Shown: positions 38,627 to 51,199 of the stretch, one piece after another
How the letters are laid out: each line of letters opens with the position of its first letter
Position numbering within the stretch: the first letter of the stretch is position 1
DNA from: Octopus sinensis
Taxonomy: Eukaryota
NCBI RefSeq assembly: GCF_006345805.1
Contig: NC_042999.1
Location: 58,714,001-58,778,000, forward strand
Reading direction: 5' to 3'
Length of the DNA: 64,000 bases
Notes under the pieces: model-generated
Database searches by the model: none
What the model was told of the DNA's origin: nothing
What the model saw: only the letters and a program-made list of their open reading frames with translations
Translations under genes and position numbers: made by a program

Positions 38627-39272
38627 TTACACACACATACAAACACTTACATGTAGATATGTGTGTACTTCTGTTAGCGGGTGTAGGTATCCGTGTATGT
38701 ATGCGTATATGGTTATATACTTAACTGTATGTTTTCTGTAAACCTGAGCGCGTGCTGAATGTGAATTTATCAAAATTCAATATCTGCTATTATTCAAATT
38801 TGATGATTCATTTTCTCTCCACTTCTTCAATTTACTTTTCTTCTATTTTTCTCTTTATTTTTCAATATCAACAATTTTGAATACCTATTTCCTATTATCT
38901 ACTTTAATGGCCAGTTGCATCGAGGTTGTCATTTCTTTCTACTATAGTTCTCTTCTTTAATAAGTTGTACCATTTCCCTTCAGGCTAGCCTTGTTCTCGA
39001 AATAACATTCATTAACTAGTGCAGCGAACTTCGAAGAAATTGTGCAATACTGCGCATTTGCCAATACCTTATGAGTATATGTGTGTATGTGTGTCATCTT
39101 TACATGTGCAACTGTTTATTATACGTTGTGTGTGTGTGCGTGCATGCATGTATGTGTGTGTCATGTAATATGTTCTGATATATATATAAATGCTTATAAT
39201 GGAAAAGTATGTGTAGGCTTAGTACACTATTGCACAAAAATATACATACTCAAACAAGCACTATAACTTACC

Positions 39273-39315
<43 letters not shown>

Positions 39316-39670
39316 TACAGACATTATATATATAATATATATTACATATAATATCTATATATGTATGTATGTATATATATAGAGATATAGATAGATATAA
39401 TGTGTATATATATATATATAGATATATATATATATATATCTATATATATATATATATACATACATACAGAGACACACAACACGTTTACCTGTGTGTGTAT
39501 ATTAGTAGATAGCGTGGTTGATGTATATATACGCACACATATATAAAAACATACATACGTGTGTGCGTGTATCTCACACTCTTTATACATATATATTATA
39601 TATACATACACATATATATATGCATACATATATATTATATATATATGTGTGTATATATCTATATATACAT

Positions 39671-39702
<32 letters not shown>

Positions 39703-39878
39703 GTATGTATATATATATATATATACACACAATATAAACATATATACATACACACGTACGTACAAAATAAATACATATTCATCCGTACATTCGCTTACAT
39801 ATTCTTATATACCTGAGTTGTTATGAATTTTATATATTATCATTATTATTATTAATGATAAAGAAATAAAAAACACAC

Positions 39879-39952
<74 letters not shown>

Positions 39953-40593
39953 CATTTGTAATTGTGCTATGATTTCGTTGGGAGAAGTGGAGGAAGTTAT
40001 GAGTTATGTCGTAGAAAAATATATATACAAATAAAAACGACAACATCATAAAAATGAAATATCATAACATGAATAATACGAACACAATAAAATAAATAAC
40101 CTATTTAATAATAAATGGAAAAAAGAACCTAAACAAAGAATAACATGAAATAATCTCTGAACCCACTGCCACTCCCCCACCATCCTCCGCACATCACCCT
40201 TCCAGCCAACTCTTCTGATAGTTTAACATTAGAAAACGTAGACTAAAATGAAGTATTGAAGAATAAAAAAATATAATAACGATATCAAAAAAATAAATTT
40301 ATTTTAAAGTTAGAATTCTTTTGCTAACTGATTATTTTCAGTAATGTTGATAAATACATAAATATACTTTTAAAAGTAGACGGAATGTTTCTAGCTAATG
40401 GAAATTGGTATTTTTGGGTCATTATATCTAGATATTTCTGGAATGACGAAAATGTCATCGAGTTAGTTTTACAAAGATGCCTAATTTGCGTGTTAGTTAA
40501 CTTGTTCATTTTTCTCCTTTTCTCTCTGTGTGTATAAGTGTCTGTGAGTTCACACACTCACATATACATACATACATACATACCTACCTACAT

Positions 40594-40652
<59 letters not shown>

Positions 40653-40787
40653 GTGTGTGTGTGTGTGTTTGTTTGAATATATGCACACATAAATATATGT
40701 ATACATGCCACCGCACTCATGCGCAATCTCACTCACATGCAAACCACCCACATACACACACACACACACGCTCACACACATATGTAT

Positions 40788-40835
<48 letters not shown>

Positions 40836-40964
40836 CGTAAATTTTGTCGACATATGCGCTATTATACACAACTCTATTTTCGTATTGATTTTAATTCGTG
40901 ATTCTACGATTCTGCATTATGATGATATCTTAAAGGCTAGTAATAGAAGTTGTACTGGTAGTAA

Positions 40965-41065
40965 CAGCAGCAGCAGCAACAGAAATGCTGCTGCTGCTGC
41001 TGCTACTACTACTACTACTACTACTACTATACTGATAATAATAATAATAATGATAATTATTATTA
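40965..41065. repeat. Compound trinucleotide tract (AGC/GCT/ACT/AAT)
   Basis: Read directly from the sequence. Confidence 0.9.
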
Positions 41066-41221
41066 TTTTAAATTTTGCTACAAGCCTAGCAATTTTGCGG
41101 AGATGTTATTCTGTTACATCGACCCCAGAGTTTCACTGGTACTTAATTTATCGAAAGGACGAAAAGCAAAGTCAATCACTTATAATAATAATAATAATAA
41201 TAATAATGATGATAATAATAA

Positions 41222-42715
41222 TTGTAAGGATATCTGATTGGAATTTGAGACCAAAAACCGGTCTGCTTATATTAGAAAGAGGCAAAGTATTGTCGTCATA
41301 TGGTGTAGAGGTACCCAACGGCATGAAAATGAAGGACATTGAGACAAATGGATATAAATTTCTAGTGATTTTGGAATATGACAATGTCAAGGAAAGTAAA
41401 TTGAAGGAAAGCTTTAGGCGAGAATATCTCAGAAGAACCAAGTTGATTATGGGAAGTAGACTCAGTGAAAAAAAAAAACCATATCAGGACAATGAATACA
41501 TGGGCTGTTTCCTTAATGTGATACGGCGCAGGTTTTGTTAGGCAGACAAAGAACGAGCTTGAGGAAATGGACAGGGAAACTAGAAAAGTGATGACTATTA
41601 ACAAGGAACTACACTCCAAAAGCGATACTGGTATGTGCTTAGAAATAGGGGAGGAAGAGACCTCATAGGATGCAAGATCTGTGTTGCCAATAAGAAGAGC
41701 AGTCTGGGATGGTACATCAAAAAGCAGAGTGAATCCTTGTTTGCTACTGTCAGAATTAATAATACAATACCCACCGAAAATGTGATGCACCCACAAAACT
41801 TTAAGAAACAGGATGAAGATGAAAGAGAAAACAACTGGAAAATGAAACCACTGCATGAGCAATACCTCACAGAAATCGAGGGAAAAGACAAGATCAACAC
41901 TTGGAGATGGGTTAGAAAAAATGATCTGAACGGATGCACTGAGGGATTGATATGCAGCGTCCAGGAATAAGCTCTGAGAACTAATTACACCAAGTTCCAA
42001 AAAGATAAGAGTAGCGAATCGCACCTTTGTCGGATGTGTGCCAGCGGAAACAAAACAATGCCATATATTGTGATTGAGTGTCGTAACCTGTCTCAAAAGT
42101 ACTTCAAAAGGAGGAGCGACAACGTGGCTCAGTGGTTATGTGAAAAGTACGGCCTGAAAAGATCACGGAAATGGTACTAACATGAACCAGAAGGAGTCTC
42201 CGAGAATAAGGAAACGACTGGAAATAATTTTATAATCCAATGTGACTCCCTAATCAAGGCTCGGAGACCAAACATTGTTGTGGTAGATAAGGAAAAACGA
42301 AAACCAAGACTATAGATATTGCAGCACCTGAGAATGCAAGCATAAATTACAAAGAACTTGAAAAAATTGAAACTAGTACTAAAAGACGAAATTGCAAGAA
42401 TGTGGACTATGAGGAGAATGCTCGTCATTCCTGTAATGGTAGGGGCACTCGGAGCACTAACAACCAAATTCGAGAAATATGTCAGAGAAATCGGAATTGA
42501 CATGAGTGTAGAACATGCCCCCAAAACTGCACTGCTGAGGATAGCTAGGATTTCAAGACTGGTACTTAGATGTTGAGTGTCTCCAACGATAAATAATGAC
42601 CAAGTACAAAAAGCTTGCACTGTGCGGAAAAAAGACTCTATCAAACGTCTGACAATAGGCTGCTGTCCGCTTTCACAGAATCTACCAGAATAAACAAGAC
42701 CGAGAAGACTGAGTA
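41222..42715 (+). mobile_element. R4/Dong-like non-LTR retrotransposon, 5'-truncated and decayed, flanked by (TAA)n
   Basis: GYKFLVILEYD, REYLRRTK, RNRGGRDL, a C..C...C zinc knuckle remnant near 42030-42085, ARRPNIVVVD (restriction-like endonuclease RPD..D), IPVMVGALG. (TAA)n at 41180-41220 and 42715-42737. Confidence 0.8.
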
Positions 42716-42774
42716 TAACAATAACAATAATAATAATTTCTACTAGAAGCACAAGGTCTGGAGTTTGAGGGGAG

Positions 42775-42860
42775 GGCTGGGGAATTACATCGACAAAAAT
42801 GTTTCACTGGTACTTAATTTATCGTCCCCGAAAGGATAAAAGGCAAAGTCACGCGACGGA
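42775..42860 (-). mobile_element. SINE family B fragment
   Basis: ctggtacttaatttatcgtccccgaaaggataaaaggcaaagtc. Confidence 0.7.
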
Positions 42861-43041
42861 TATTGAAACAACAACAACAACAGCAGTAATAATAGTAATA
42901 ATAATAATAATTATAATAATGCGCTTTGTTCGTTAACGAATAATATTTATATATGCATGTGCTATTGTATCGCATGTGTGTGTTTGTACATATATATATA
43001 TAATATATACATACGTACATACTTTATACATCTATACATAC

Positions 43042-43099
<58 letters not shown>

Positions 43100-43214
43100 T
43101 AATATATACACATGAAAACCGTACAATACTTAAATAACATCTATACATACATACAGCTATATATATATACTATATATATATATATATATATAATATATAA
43201 TATATAGCGTTTTG

Positions 43215-43614
43215 GTCGTGCATTACTGTTTTATATCTCGTTATCCGGATTTATTATTGCTTGCTACGGTTTTTCGAGATCAGTGACGAAAAAGTTACTG
43301 GAAAAACGATATAAATTTGCATTGGGACCTCCCTTCATCGAAAATCGGTGATTGTCGTACGCTGATGACAGGTCAAAAACTAGAAACTGCAGTCCGTGTG
43401 TATCACTTAGGTTGACAAGGGAAGGGTGACCTCCCTTTGCAAATACCATAAGGGCACAGAAAGTGTGCCTAAAGCCAGCTAGAGACGATGTTCTCCTGGG
43501 GCTACAAGCTACAGTAACACCCATCCTTAGTGGTTGGCCATATTGAGATGGCAAGTATACCTCACATTGTCGTGCAGTTACTGTTTATATCTCGTTCAGA
43601 GATTTACTATTGCT
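43215..43614 (+). mobile_element. Retrozyme-like element: 354-bp monomer plus about 46-bp terminal direct repeat, embedded in (TA)n
   Basis: gtcgtgca(t/g)ttactgttt(t)atatctcgtt...gattta(t/c)tattgct at 43215 and 43569; central HHR. Confidence 0.8.
43357..43399 (+). ncRNA. Minimal type I hammerhead ribozyme, complete core
   Basis: GUACG CUGAUGA caggucaaaaacua GAAAC ugca GUC^CGUGU. Stem I 5 bp including two GU pairs; palindromic ACUGCAGU; stem II weak in this copy. Confidence 0.75.
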
Positions 43615-44049
43615 ATATATATATATATATATATATATACTATATACATATATACACATATACATATGTGCGTGTGTATGTGTGTTTGTGTGCATATATG
43701 TATGTATGTATGTACATTTACACACACACACACACACACACAAATGAGAATCATATGAAATATGTTCCTACACCCTTTTCTAGATGCCTGAATTTGAAAA
43801 TAAGTTATTGCTGTATTTTGTAGTATTATTTCAGGCGTTGTTTTCTGGCGTTGTTTTCTTATGAAAGTAATGGACTACCAATCATTGTTTATCATCTCAC
43901 CGATACTTCATAATGTGTTGCTAAAACATTCCTCAACGATGAAATAAGTTACCAGTGGTGGTGTCATCTACATCATAATCTATGGACACTCACAAGTTGA
44001 CGATCAGCTCGTGGGTATAGCAATACCGACTTCATTTCTTCGTGTCTAA

Positions 44050-44995
44050 AATCTATCAAAAACAATACAGAAAAATATAATACGCCGTCATAGCGAAACC
44101 ACTGAATAAACACATAACATTCACTGGAAAAGGGTTAAATGCAAAAAGTCCTTCAGGAAAATATCACCACAAAAACAATCTCAAATATCAGCTTAATAAA
44201 TGATCTAATCGATATAATCGATTATCGTGGGAAATCTGTCTAGATTATAAATACAAACCTCTTCAAGTGAACTTATTACAAAATATAGTATGTTCAGAAA
44301 ATACAATATGTAAAATGAAATCCTAAATATTCGAAAACCTATCCCTACTCAACGATATCGAACAGGGATTATATAATTTGAAAAATGAAATCACTTACTT
44401 TATGAGAATAAGTTATTGTAAACAAATACCAAAATATTTCCACAGAGACATCAACAAGAAGCATGAATCTAGATGACTCACGAACAACAAAATAATTTAA
44501 ACATATTAGAATAGAACATGGCAAGCAATACTTTCAGCTCAATGCATTAGATGGAAAAAATATAAGAAAAATGCAATAACAACACGCGTGACCCTGCATA
44601 AGTTGTTCGGAATTCAGAAACTCGATAAACATTGCAAACAAGTGGAAAATTCCAATATTGGACTGAAATCCCTAACATATTCATGTTTCTGTAACAAAAG
44701 CTTTCAATGAATTAATAAAGACACCAGAATTACCAACAGGTTGTTTACTAGAAAGGTTATCAAAATTAGTATGGGGTTAGATAAATATGCCGAAGCTATT
44801 GCAAGAGAAAGCAAATTAATGAAAATTGAAAGCATTAAATTAGATCCAGATACTGCAATTAGAGAATTTGAACAGCATCTCATATAAATACTTAAGAGGA
44901 GATGAAATTGATGAGATATAACATACAGAGATGAAGAAGAAAATTAGAAATTTTAATGTAGAAATGTCAGACTTGTATGAAATATTGAGACCAAC
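44050..44995 (+). pseudogene. Old R4/Dong-like ORF remnant with internal deletion
   Basis: FNELIKTPELP, then MGLDKYAEAIARESKLMKIESIKLDPDTAIREFEQH..YKYLRGDEIDEI..EMKKKIR, resembling GMEFGLDKCA...YKYLG. Confidence 0.55.
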
Positions 44996-45047
44996 AGAAG
45001 AAATATACATACATACATGCATACATACATACATACATACATACATA

Positions 45048-45086
<39 letters not shown>

Positions 45087-45327
45087 TGTGTGTATATATA
45101 TCTGTGTGTGTGTGTGTGTATATATATCTGTGTGTGTGTGTATATATATCTATGTGTGTGTGTGTATATATATATCTATGTGTTGTGTGTGTGTATATAT
45201 AATATCTATGTATGTGTGTATATGTATATATAATATATATATTATATATATATATATATAAGAATTGTTTGCGCAATAAGATAAAAAAACAAGGGTGTGT
45301 AGATATTAGAGCATTTATAGGTAGAAG

Positions 45328-45379
45328 GTCTTACGGCTGTTTCTAGGATATTTATTAATTACATCCCTTCATCGGAGAC
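45328..45379 (-). ncRNA. Decayed type I hammerhead (U4 to C)
   Basis: Minus strand: GUCU CCGAUGA A GGGAUGU aauuaauaa AUAUCCU A GAAAC agcc GUA^AGAC. Confidence 0.6.
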
Positions 45380-45504
45380 GTTGTAAGAGGATGATTAAGC
45401 CATAGTTAGTTTAGATGTCATACAAAATAGAGTGTGAGGTGGAGGAAAGAAAATAGATGCAATATATGTATGGATATTGTATATATATATATATATATAT
45501 ACTC

Positions 45505-45903
45505 TTTTATTTTACTATTTTACTTGTTTCAGTCAGTTGACTGCGGCCATGCTAGAACACCGCCTTTAGTCGAGCAACTCGATCCCGGGACTTATTCTTT
45601 GTAAGCCCAGTACTTATTCTATCGTTCTCTTTTGCCGAACCGCTAAGTGACGGGGAAATCAACACACCAGCATCGGTTGTCAAGCAATGATGCTAGGGGG
45701 ACAAACACAGACAGACAAACATACACGCACATATATATACGACGGGCTTCTTTCAGTTTCCGTCTACCAAATCTACTCACAATGCTTCGGTCGGCCCGAG
45801 GCTATAGTAGAAGACACTTGCCCAAGGTACCACGCTGTGGGACTGAACCCGGAACCATGTGGTTGGTAAGCAAGCTACTTACCACACAGCCACTGCTGCG
45901 CCT
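45505..45903 (-). mobile_element. SINE family A, complete
   Basis: Tail, body and head are all intact in reverse orientation. Confidence 0.9.
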
Positions 45904-46591
45904 ATATATCTCTATATATAAAACTGAAATGCGTCGGATTCACTCCAAAATTTACAGAGACATGTAAAATGAGGTGACGATGCCCTTGGGCTACCTTAGA
46001 AATCCCTATCTTAAAAGGTGTCGTTGCTAGGGCCAAAAACCCACTTTGACAAGCCCACTCACGTTCTTTAATGTATCTGTCTTCCTCAACTCACTCTCGC
46101 TATTTCCTCTCTTCCCAGCACTTTTTCACTCACTCTATTTCCTACCTTCCCATAACTTTCACTTATGTATCTGTCTGCATTCATAGAGAGAATTATCATC
46201 GCCACTACCAACACATGACAACAAATATGAATCTCGCCTGTCAACGCGCCGATCGAGCAAATACAAACAGAACACACCAACGTGCGTTCGTGTTCTGGTG
46301 ATAACATGGGTTTTTCGTATCTATTACATTTTAACATTTATTTAGAACCCTGCACATTTTTCGTGCTAAATTTTCATTTTTTACTACTTTATTATTTTTT
46401 CTTAAATTGATGCTTTTATTAAAATTAATTCTAATTGTCTGGGTCAACAGTTCGTTTCCTCGGAGGATATGGAAATTCCTATTACCCGTCAGAGAAATAA
46501 CTCCAGCAGCTCACAACTATTTCAACAAAGACAAGGTTACCTGCTTACCAGTCGAATTCAGCGTCAACGCTCACGTATGAGAGAGACTCCA

Positions 46592-46622
<31 letters not shown>

Positions 46623-47212
46623 CATATATAAGGAGCGGGTGTTTAGCAATTCTCTGTTACATCAAGCTAATAAATTTGCGCCAGCCTTTTAATCGTCAAT
46701 GTGTTGCCGTCCATGATGAAGAAGTTTTGAATGCTTGCCATCGTGAGTCTACTGTCGTGAGAAAGAATCAATTCAAAACTTGGTGTTTAGGGATTTTCTT
46801 TTACATCAAGTTCAAAATGTTACGCCAGCCGTTAAACTGTCAATACGTTGTTGTCCGTCGTTAAGAAATTCCAGTCATGGTGACTCTACTATCCTCAAAT
46901 TCTATCCCTTCAAACTTTGGTTTCCAATATTTTATTATTTTTATTCAGCTCGCAAGTTCGTCTGTCCTTTTAAATGTTAGTGTTTTGCTGTCTGCCTTGA
47001 AGCAGACCTTTCCGTTGTTACTGCCTGATATATATATGATTGATCTTTCTAAATATTTTATTTCTCAACTTACTCACGAACTTTTGTTGTTTATAAATGG
47101 GAGAGAGATAGATAAAGATAGAGAATAAGAGAAAGCGAGTGAGAGTCCGAGTGAAAGGAAGAGTAAGAGGGTGGGAAAGTGAGAGAGAAAGGAGAGAGAA
47201 ACAAAGAGGGCG

Positions 47213-47214
<2 letters not shown>

Positions 47215-47243
<29 letters not shown>

Positions 47244-47540
47244 GTTTAACGTCCGTTTTCCGTCCTAGCACGGGTTGGACAGTTTGACCGGGGTCTGGGA
47301 GGCCTGGAGGCTGCACCAGGCTCCAGTCTGATCTTGCAGTGTTTCTATAGGTGGATGCCCTTCCTAACGCCAACCACTCTGTGAGCGTAGTGGGTGCTCT
47401 TTTCGTGCCGCCGGCACAGGTGCCAGGGGGTCTGGCAGCGGCCACGATCGGTTGGTGCTTTTTACGTGCCACCAGCACAGAAGCCAGTCAAGGCGGCGCT
47501 GGAATCCGCCACGTTCGGATGGTGCTTTTTACGTGCTGAA
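47215..47540 (-). mobile_element. RTE-type 3' end or derived short element with (ATG)n tail
   Basis: (tca)n followed by gtttaacgtccgttttcc...gggttggac...ggatgcccttcctaacgccaacc, with internal ggtgctttttacgtgc repeats. Confidence 0.55.
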
Positions 47541-47604
47541 AGGAAGCAACAGAAAGTAACAACCACACTCTTACCCGCGCGTAGAGCGGGTCACCTTCAG
47601 CTAG

Positions 47605-47624
<20 letters not shown>

Positions 47625-47635
<11 letters not shown>

Positions 47636-47860
47636 AGACCCCTTTCGGTCATGACTGACCGTGGGATTGCGCCTAGAAAGTTATCCTCCCAGGCACAAGT
47701 CCGGGCAAGGTTGTTTATGGAAGACCAGCAGTCACCCATACTTACCGGTCTCTCCTCTCCACGCTACCAGTGTTATCCAAGGGAAAGGCAACAGCAGATA
47801 CAGCTTGGTACCTGTGACATCGCAACTCATTTCTACAGCTGAGTGAACTGGAGCAACGAT
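47625..47860 (-). mobile_element. SINE body fragment
   Basis: Reverse reads ttgctccagttcactcagctgtagaaatgagttgcga, a SINE core-like segment also seen at 4930. Confidence 0.55.
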
Positions 47861-48420
47861 ATATATATATATATATATATACTAGCTATTAAAGTTAGAT
47901 AGTACGATTTAGTATAATAATTTCGAAGTTCAGTGAATTAAAGATTTAATGGGAAACAAGAAAACTATTCATAGCTTTTCGATCCCATAATATATACAGA
48001 AGTCATTGTACAAAGAATATACCCACTCACCTCATTGGTTAAATGGTTTGATATATATAAAGAATTATTAAAAGTTAACACCAGAAAAATATTTAGTAAC
48101 AAGTAAAACGAAGTGTATTTCTTTTACGAGAGTAAATGATCAAAATAAAAGAAAAAGAAAATATAATCCCGCTATACATAGAAACAGTAAAGTACATATG
48201 AAAAACTATCTGCTGCAAGGGAAAATGTTTAGATGAAGACAAAGGCAAAAACACACAAATAAAGAAATCAAAGTGAATTCTCAAGATATACTAAAGGAGA
48301 AAAACGAAGACTACAACCCTTCTATGATGTAAATTATATAAGATTCAGAATAGAAGCCTGGTTGCAAGCCAATGATGGCCTGGTAGTAGAAATAGATGAA
48401 CTATGAGCATTTCGTGATAA

Positions 48421-48680
48421 TTTGAACTAGCATATGTCCTACTTTATACCTTAGTTCGAGAGTTTGTCAACTTTGAACTAATTTTCTGATCTAAACGGGA
48501 AGTTTTGATTTAGTCATCTTTGAGCTTGTACCTTTGAACTAGTATCTGTTCTAGTCTAAACAAAATGCTGACATTTTATGAATTTTGAACTAGTATCTTT
48601 AAAGGAGTATAGGTTTTAATGTAAACAGTATGTTGAGATTTTGTCAGTTTTGAACTAATAACCTTGAACTAGTATCTAAT
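48421..48680. repeat. Degenerate minisatellite-like array of (T)TTGAACTA(G) motifs
   Basis: Motif at 48421, 48472, 48533, 48584, 48648 and 48664. Confidence 0.6.
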
Positions 48681-49843
48681 ATGTCGAGTTAAAACTTGTC
48701 AGGTTAAAAGTTTTATTTTTACCTTAACAGTACATTGGTGTAAGCAGTCTGATGTTTCCTCAATTTCTAAATATATCACAAAAAAAAAACAATGAAAAAT
48801 TATGATGCCTCTTTTAACATTTGATATTATACGCTACATTGATCAAGAACAAATTCTCTGAACAAAGCTTTTTCTTTTTCCCTCTACCAAACTTTTCTTA
48901 TATTACTATCACTAATTTGACGACTGGGAATAAATATTGATTTTGTTTTTGAATTGTAACAAACAACTAAGTTCTAACACCAAAATCATAACAAATAAAA
49001 ATTAGTTTGCAATTATGTTGTCTCCTGCGGATCAATACGTAGTGGAAAAACTGGTACATTTTGAACTAGTTGTAAACTCTGTATTTATTAATTTATTTCT
49101 TCCAAGAATCTTCTTCTAAGACTCAGTTAGGCTTTCAGATTGTTTTTCATTTTCGTTTTAGTACTTCCTCTTCTCTCTAACTTTGATTTCCTATAATCCT
49201 TTATCATAATATATTATATGAAATCTTGAAACTTTTTTGAAATGTACTTAACTATTTTCTCTACAGCATTGAGTTACTTCCGACTAAGTGCTTACCATCT
49301 TGCCTGGGAGAGAAAACAACAATGAAGATAATTACTTGATTTGGAGATCGGGAATAAATTCAAAATGCAGTTATTAAAAGTTGCTTTCTTAGGCGATTTA
49401 TTGATTAAAAAAGAGAACGTCTTAAGATTCCATGCACATTTCAAGACTGCAATTTACGTCAATACTTGTGTTGTCACATCGTGACACAACTGTAATTGTT
49501 CAGAATATAAAGAATGTTGGCAAAGAAAACAATAAAACATTTGACAGACGTTTAACTACGACAGAGAAATGTTAATAAAGAAGGAACAGGAGAAAAAGAA
49601 AGGAAAGGGAAATGGGGGGAAATTGTGAAATAGAAAGAAAGAAATGAAGGAATTTGGGGGTGGAGGAGAGAGATTTTTCTGCAAATTCTGTGCACAATTA
49701 TTCGAATTGGCAAATTTCAATATGTTGATAATTTCTCAAATTTTAATTCAAATGACTGTGTGATAAAAGACGGCAGAAAATCCCAAATCAAACATTTTCA
49801 GATTACAGAATGGAGTAGCTTCAATAGTAATTGTTGCTGTGGC

Positions 49844-49844
<1 letters not shown>

Positions 49845-49882
<38 letters not shown>

Positions 49883-50005
49883 TATTATTATTATTATTAT
49901 TATTATCATTATTTTTATTATTATTATTATTATAATTATCATTATTTTTATTATTATTATTATTATAATTATCATTATTTTTATTATTATTATTATTATC
50001 ATTAT
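49845..50005. repeat. (TAT)n tract with a higher-order unit of about 33 bp
   Basis: attatcattattttt is repeated three times. Confidence 0.85.
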
Positions 50006-50368
50006 CATCGGCGGTGTCGTCCTTATTGATGCAGATTCAATAAGTTTTAAACAACAAGTTTAACTACATGATGTTGTTATCCATTAATTTACGCAAAGTT
50101 ACCGCCAGAAATGAAATCAAATCGATAAACATTGCAGAACATAGTTAATATAAGAGAAAGAAGTAGGCAGAGGTACTGTGGCTAAGAATTTTCCTTCGCA
50201 TTTACGTGGTGACGTGTTCAACCATATTCCACGAATGTCTTTCGCAATAGAATCGGGTCGATCGATAATGATTTGTAAGTTCGTACAAGATATTAAGTAG
50301 CTCCCGTACTATATACGAATATAGAGTAACTATATTTGTGTGTATATAATATATATATATATATAATA

Positions 50369-50424
<56 letters not shown>

Positions 50425-50440
50425 ATACACACACACACAG

Positions 50441-50661
50441 AACGGAGTGCTGCAAAGGTCCTGGCTTCGGGTAAAAGAAAATACAAGAGAATCAGTTGAT
50501 TATGATTTTATTCAACATATTCCCCTTTCAGATACACCCACTAATTGCAGCGGTCCTTAAGTTTTTCTAAGCCCTATAAACGAAGAGCTAGCAACGTTGG
50601 ACTTCCACCCAGGCCTTTCGCGACGCCCTTAAAGCCAGGAACTTTTCAGCAAACCCTTGTG

Positions 50662-50747
<86 letters not shown>

Positions 50748-50964
50748 AGGGTTTGCTGAAAATTTCCTGGCTTTAAGGGCGTCGCGAAAGGCCTGGGTGG
50801 AGGTCCAACGTTGCTAGCTCTTCGTTTATAGGGCTTAGAAAAACTTAAGGACTGCTGCAATAAGTGGGTGTATCTGAAAGGGGAATATGTTGAATAAAAT
50901 CATAATCAACTAATTCTCTTGTATTTTCTTTTACCCGAAGCCAGGACCTTCGCAGCACTCCGTT
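50441..50964. repeat. Inverted duplication of a mariner MITE (222-bp arms, 80-bp TA spacer)
   Basis: Arms 50441-50662 and 50743-50964, with about 6 mismatches counted by eye. Confidence 0.95.
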
Positions 50965-50974
50965 CTGTGTGTAT

Positions 50975-51027
<53 letters not shown>

Positions 51028-51199
51028 GACACACGAGTCTGCAAACGTACGTGTATGAATAGAACAACATGTCTGCGCGCTCTCGCGTGTATATATGAAT
51101 ATATAAATATGTTATAGAGCATGTATGCCGATGTAAACATTGGCAAAAACACACCTTTAGTTCATATAAGTAATCTCTATCATTATATATAAGTTAAAC

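Noticed and set aside
40705-41541. 278-aa ORF, the longest in the track
   Set aside because: A chimera of microsatellites, a SINE scrap and the start of the R4/Dong remnant; not a gene.
41362-42096. 244-aa minus-strand ORF
   Set aside because: Antisense to the decayed R4/Dong ORF, with no independent features.
48421-48680. CRISPR-like spacing of a short motif
   Set aside because: The repeat is only 8-15 nt and degenerate, spacing is irregular, the context is eukaryotic and there are no cas genes.
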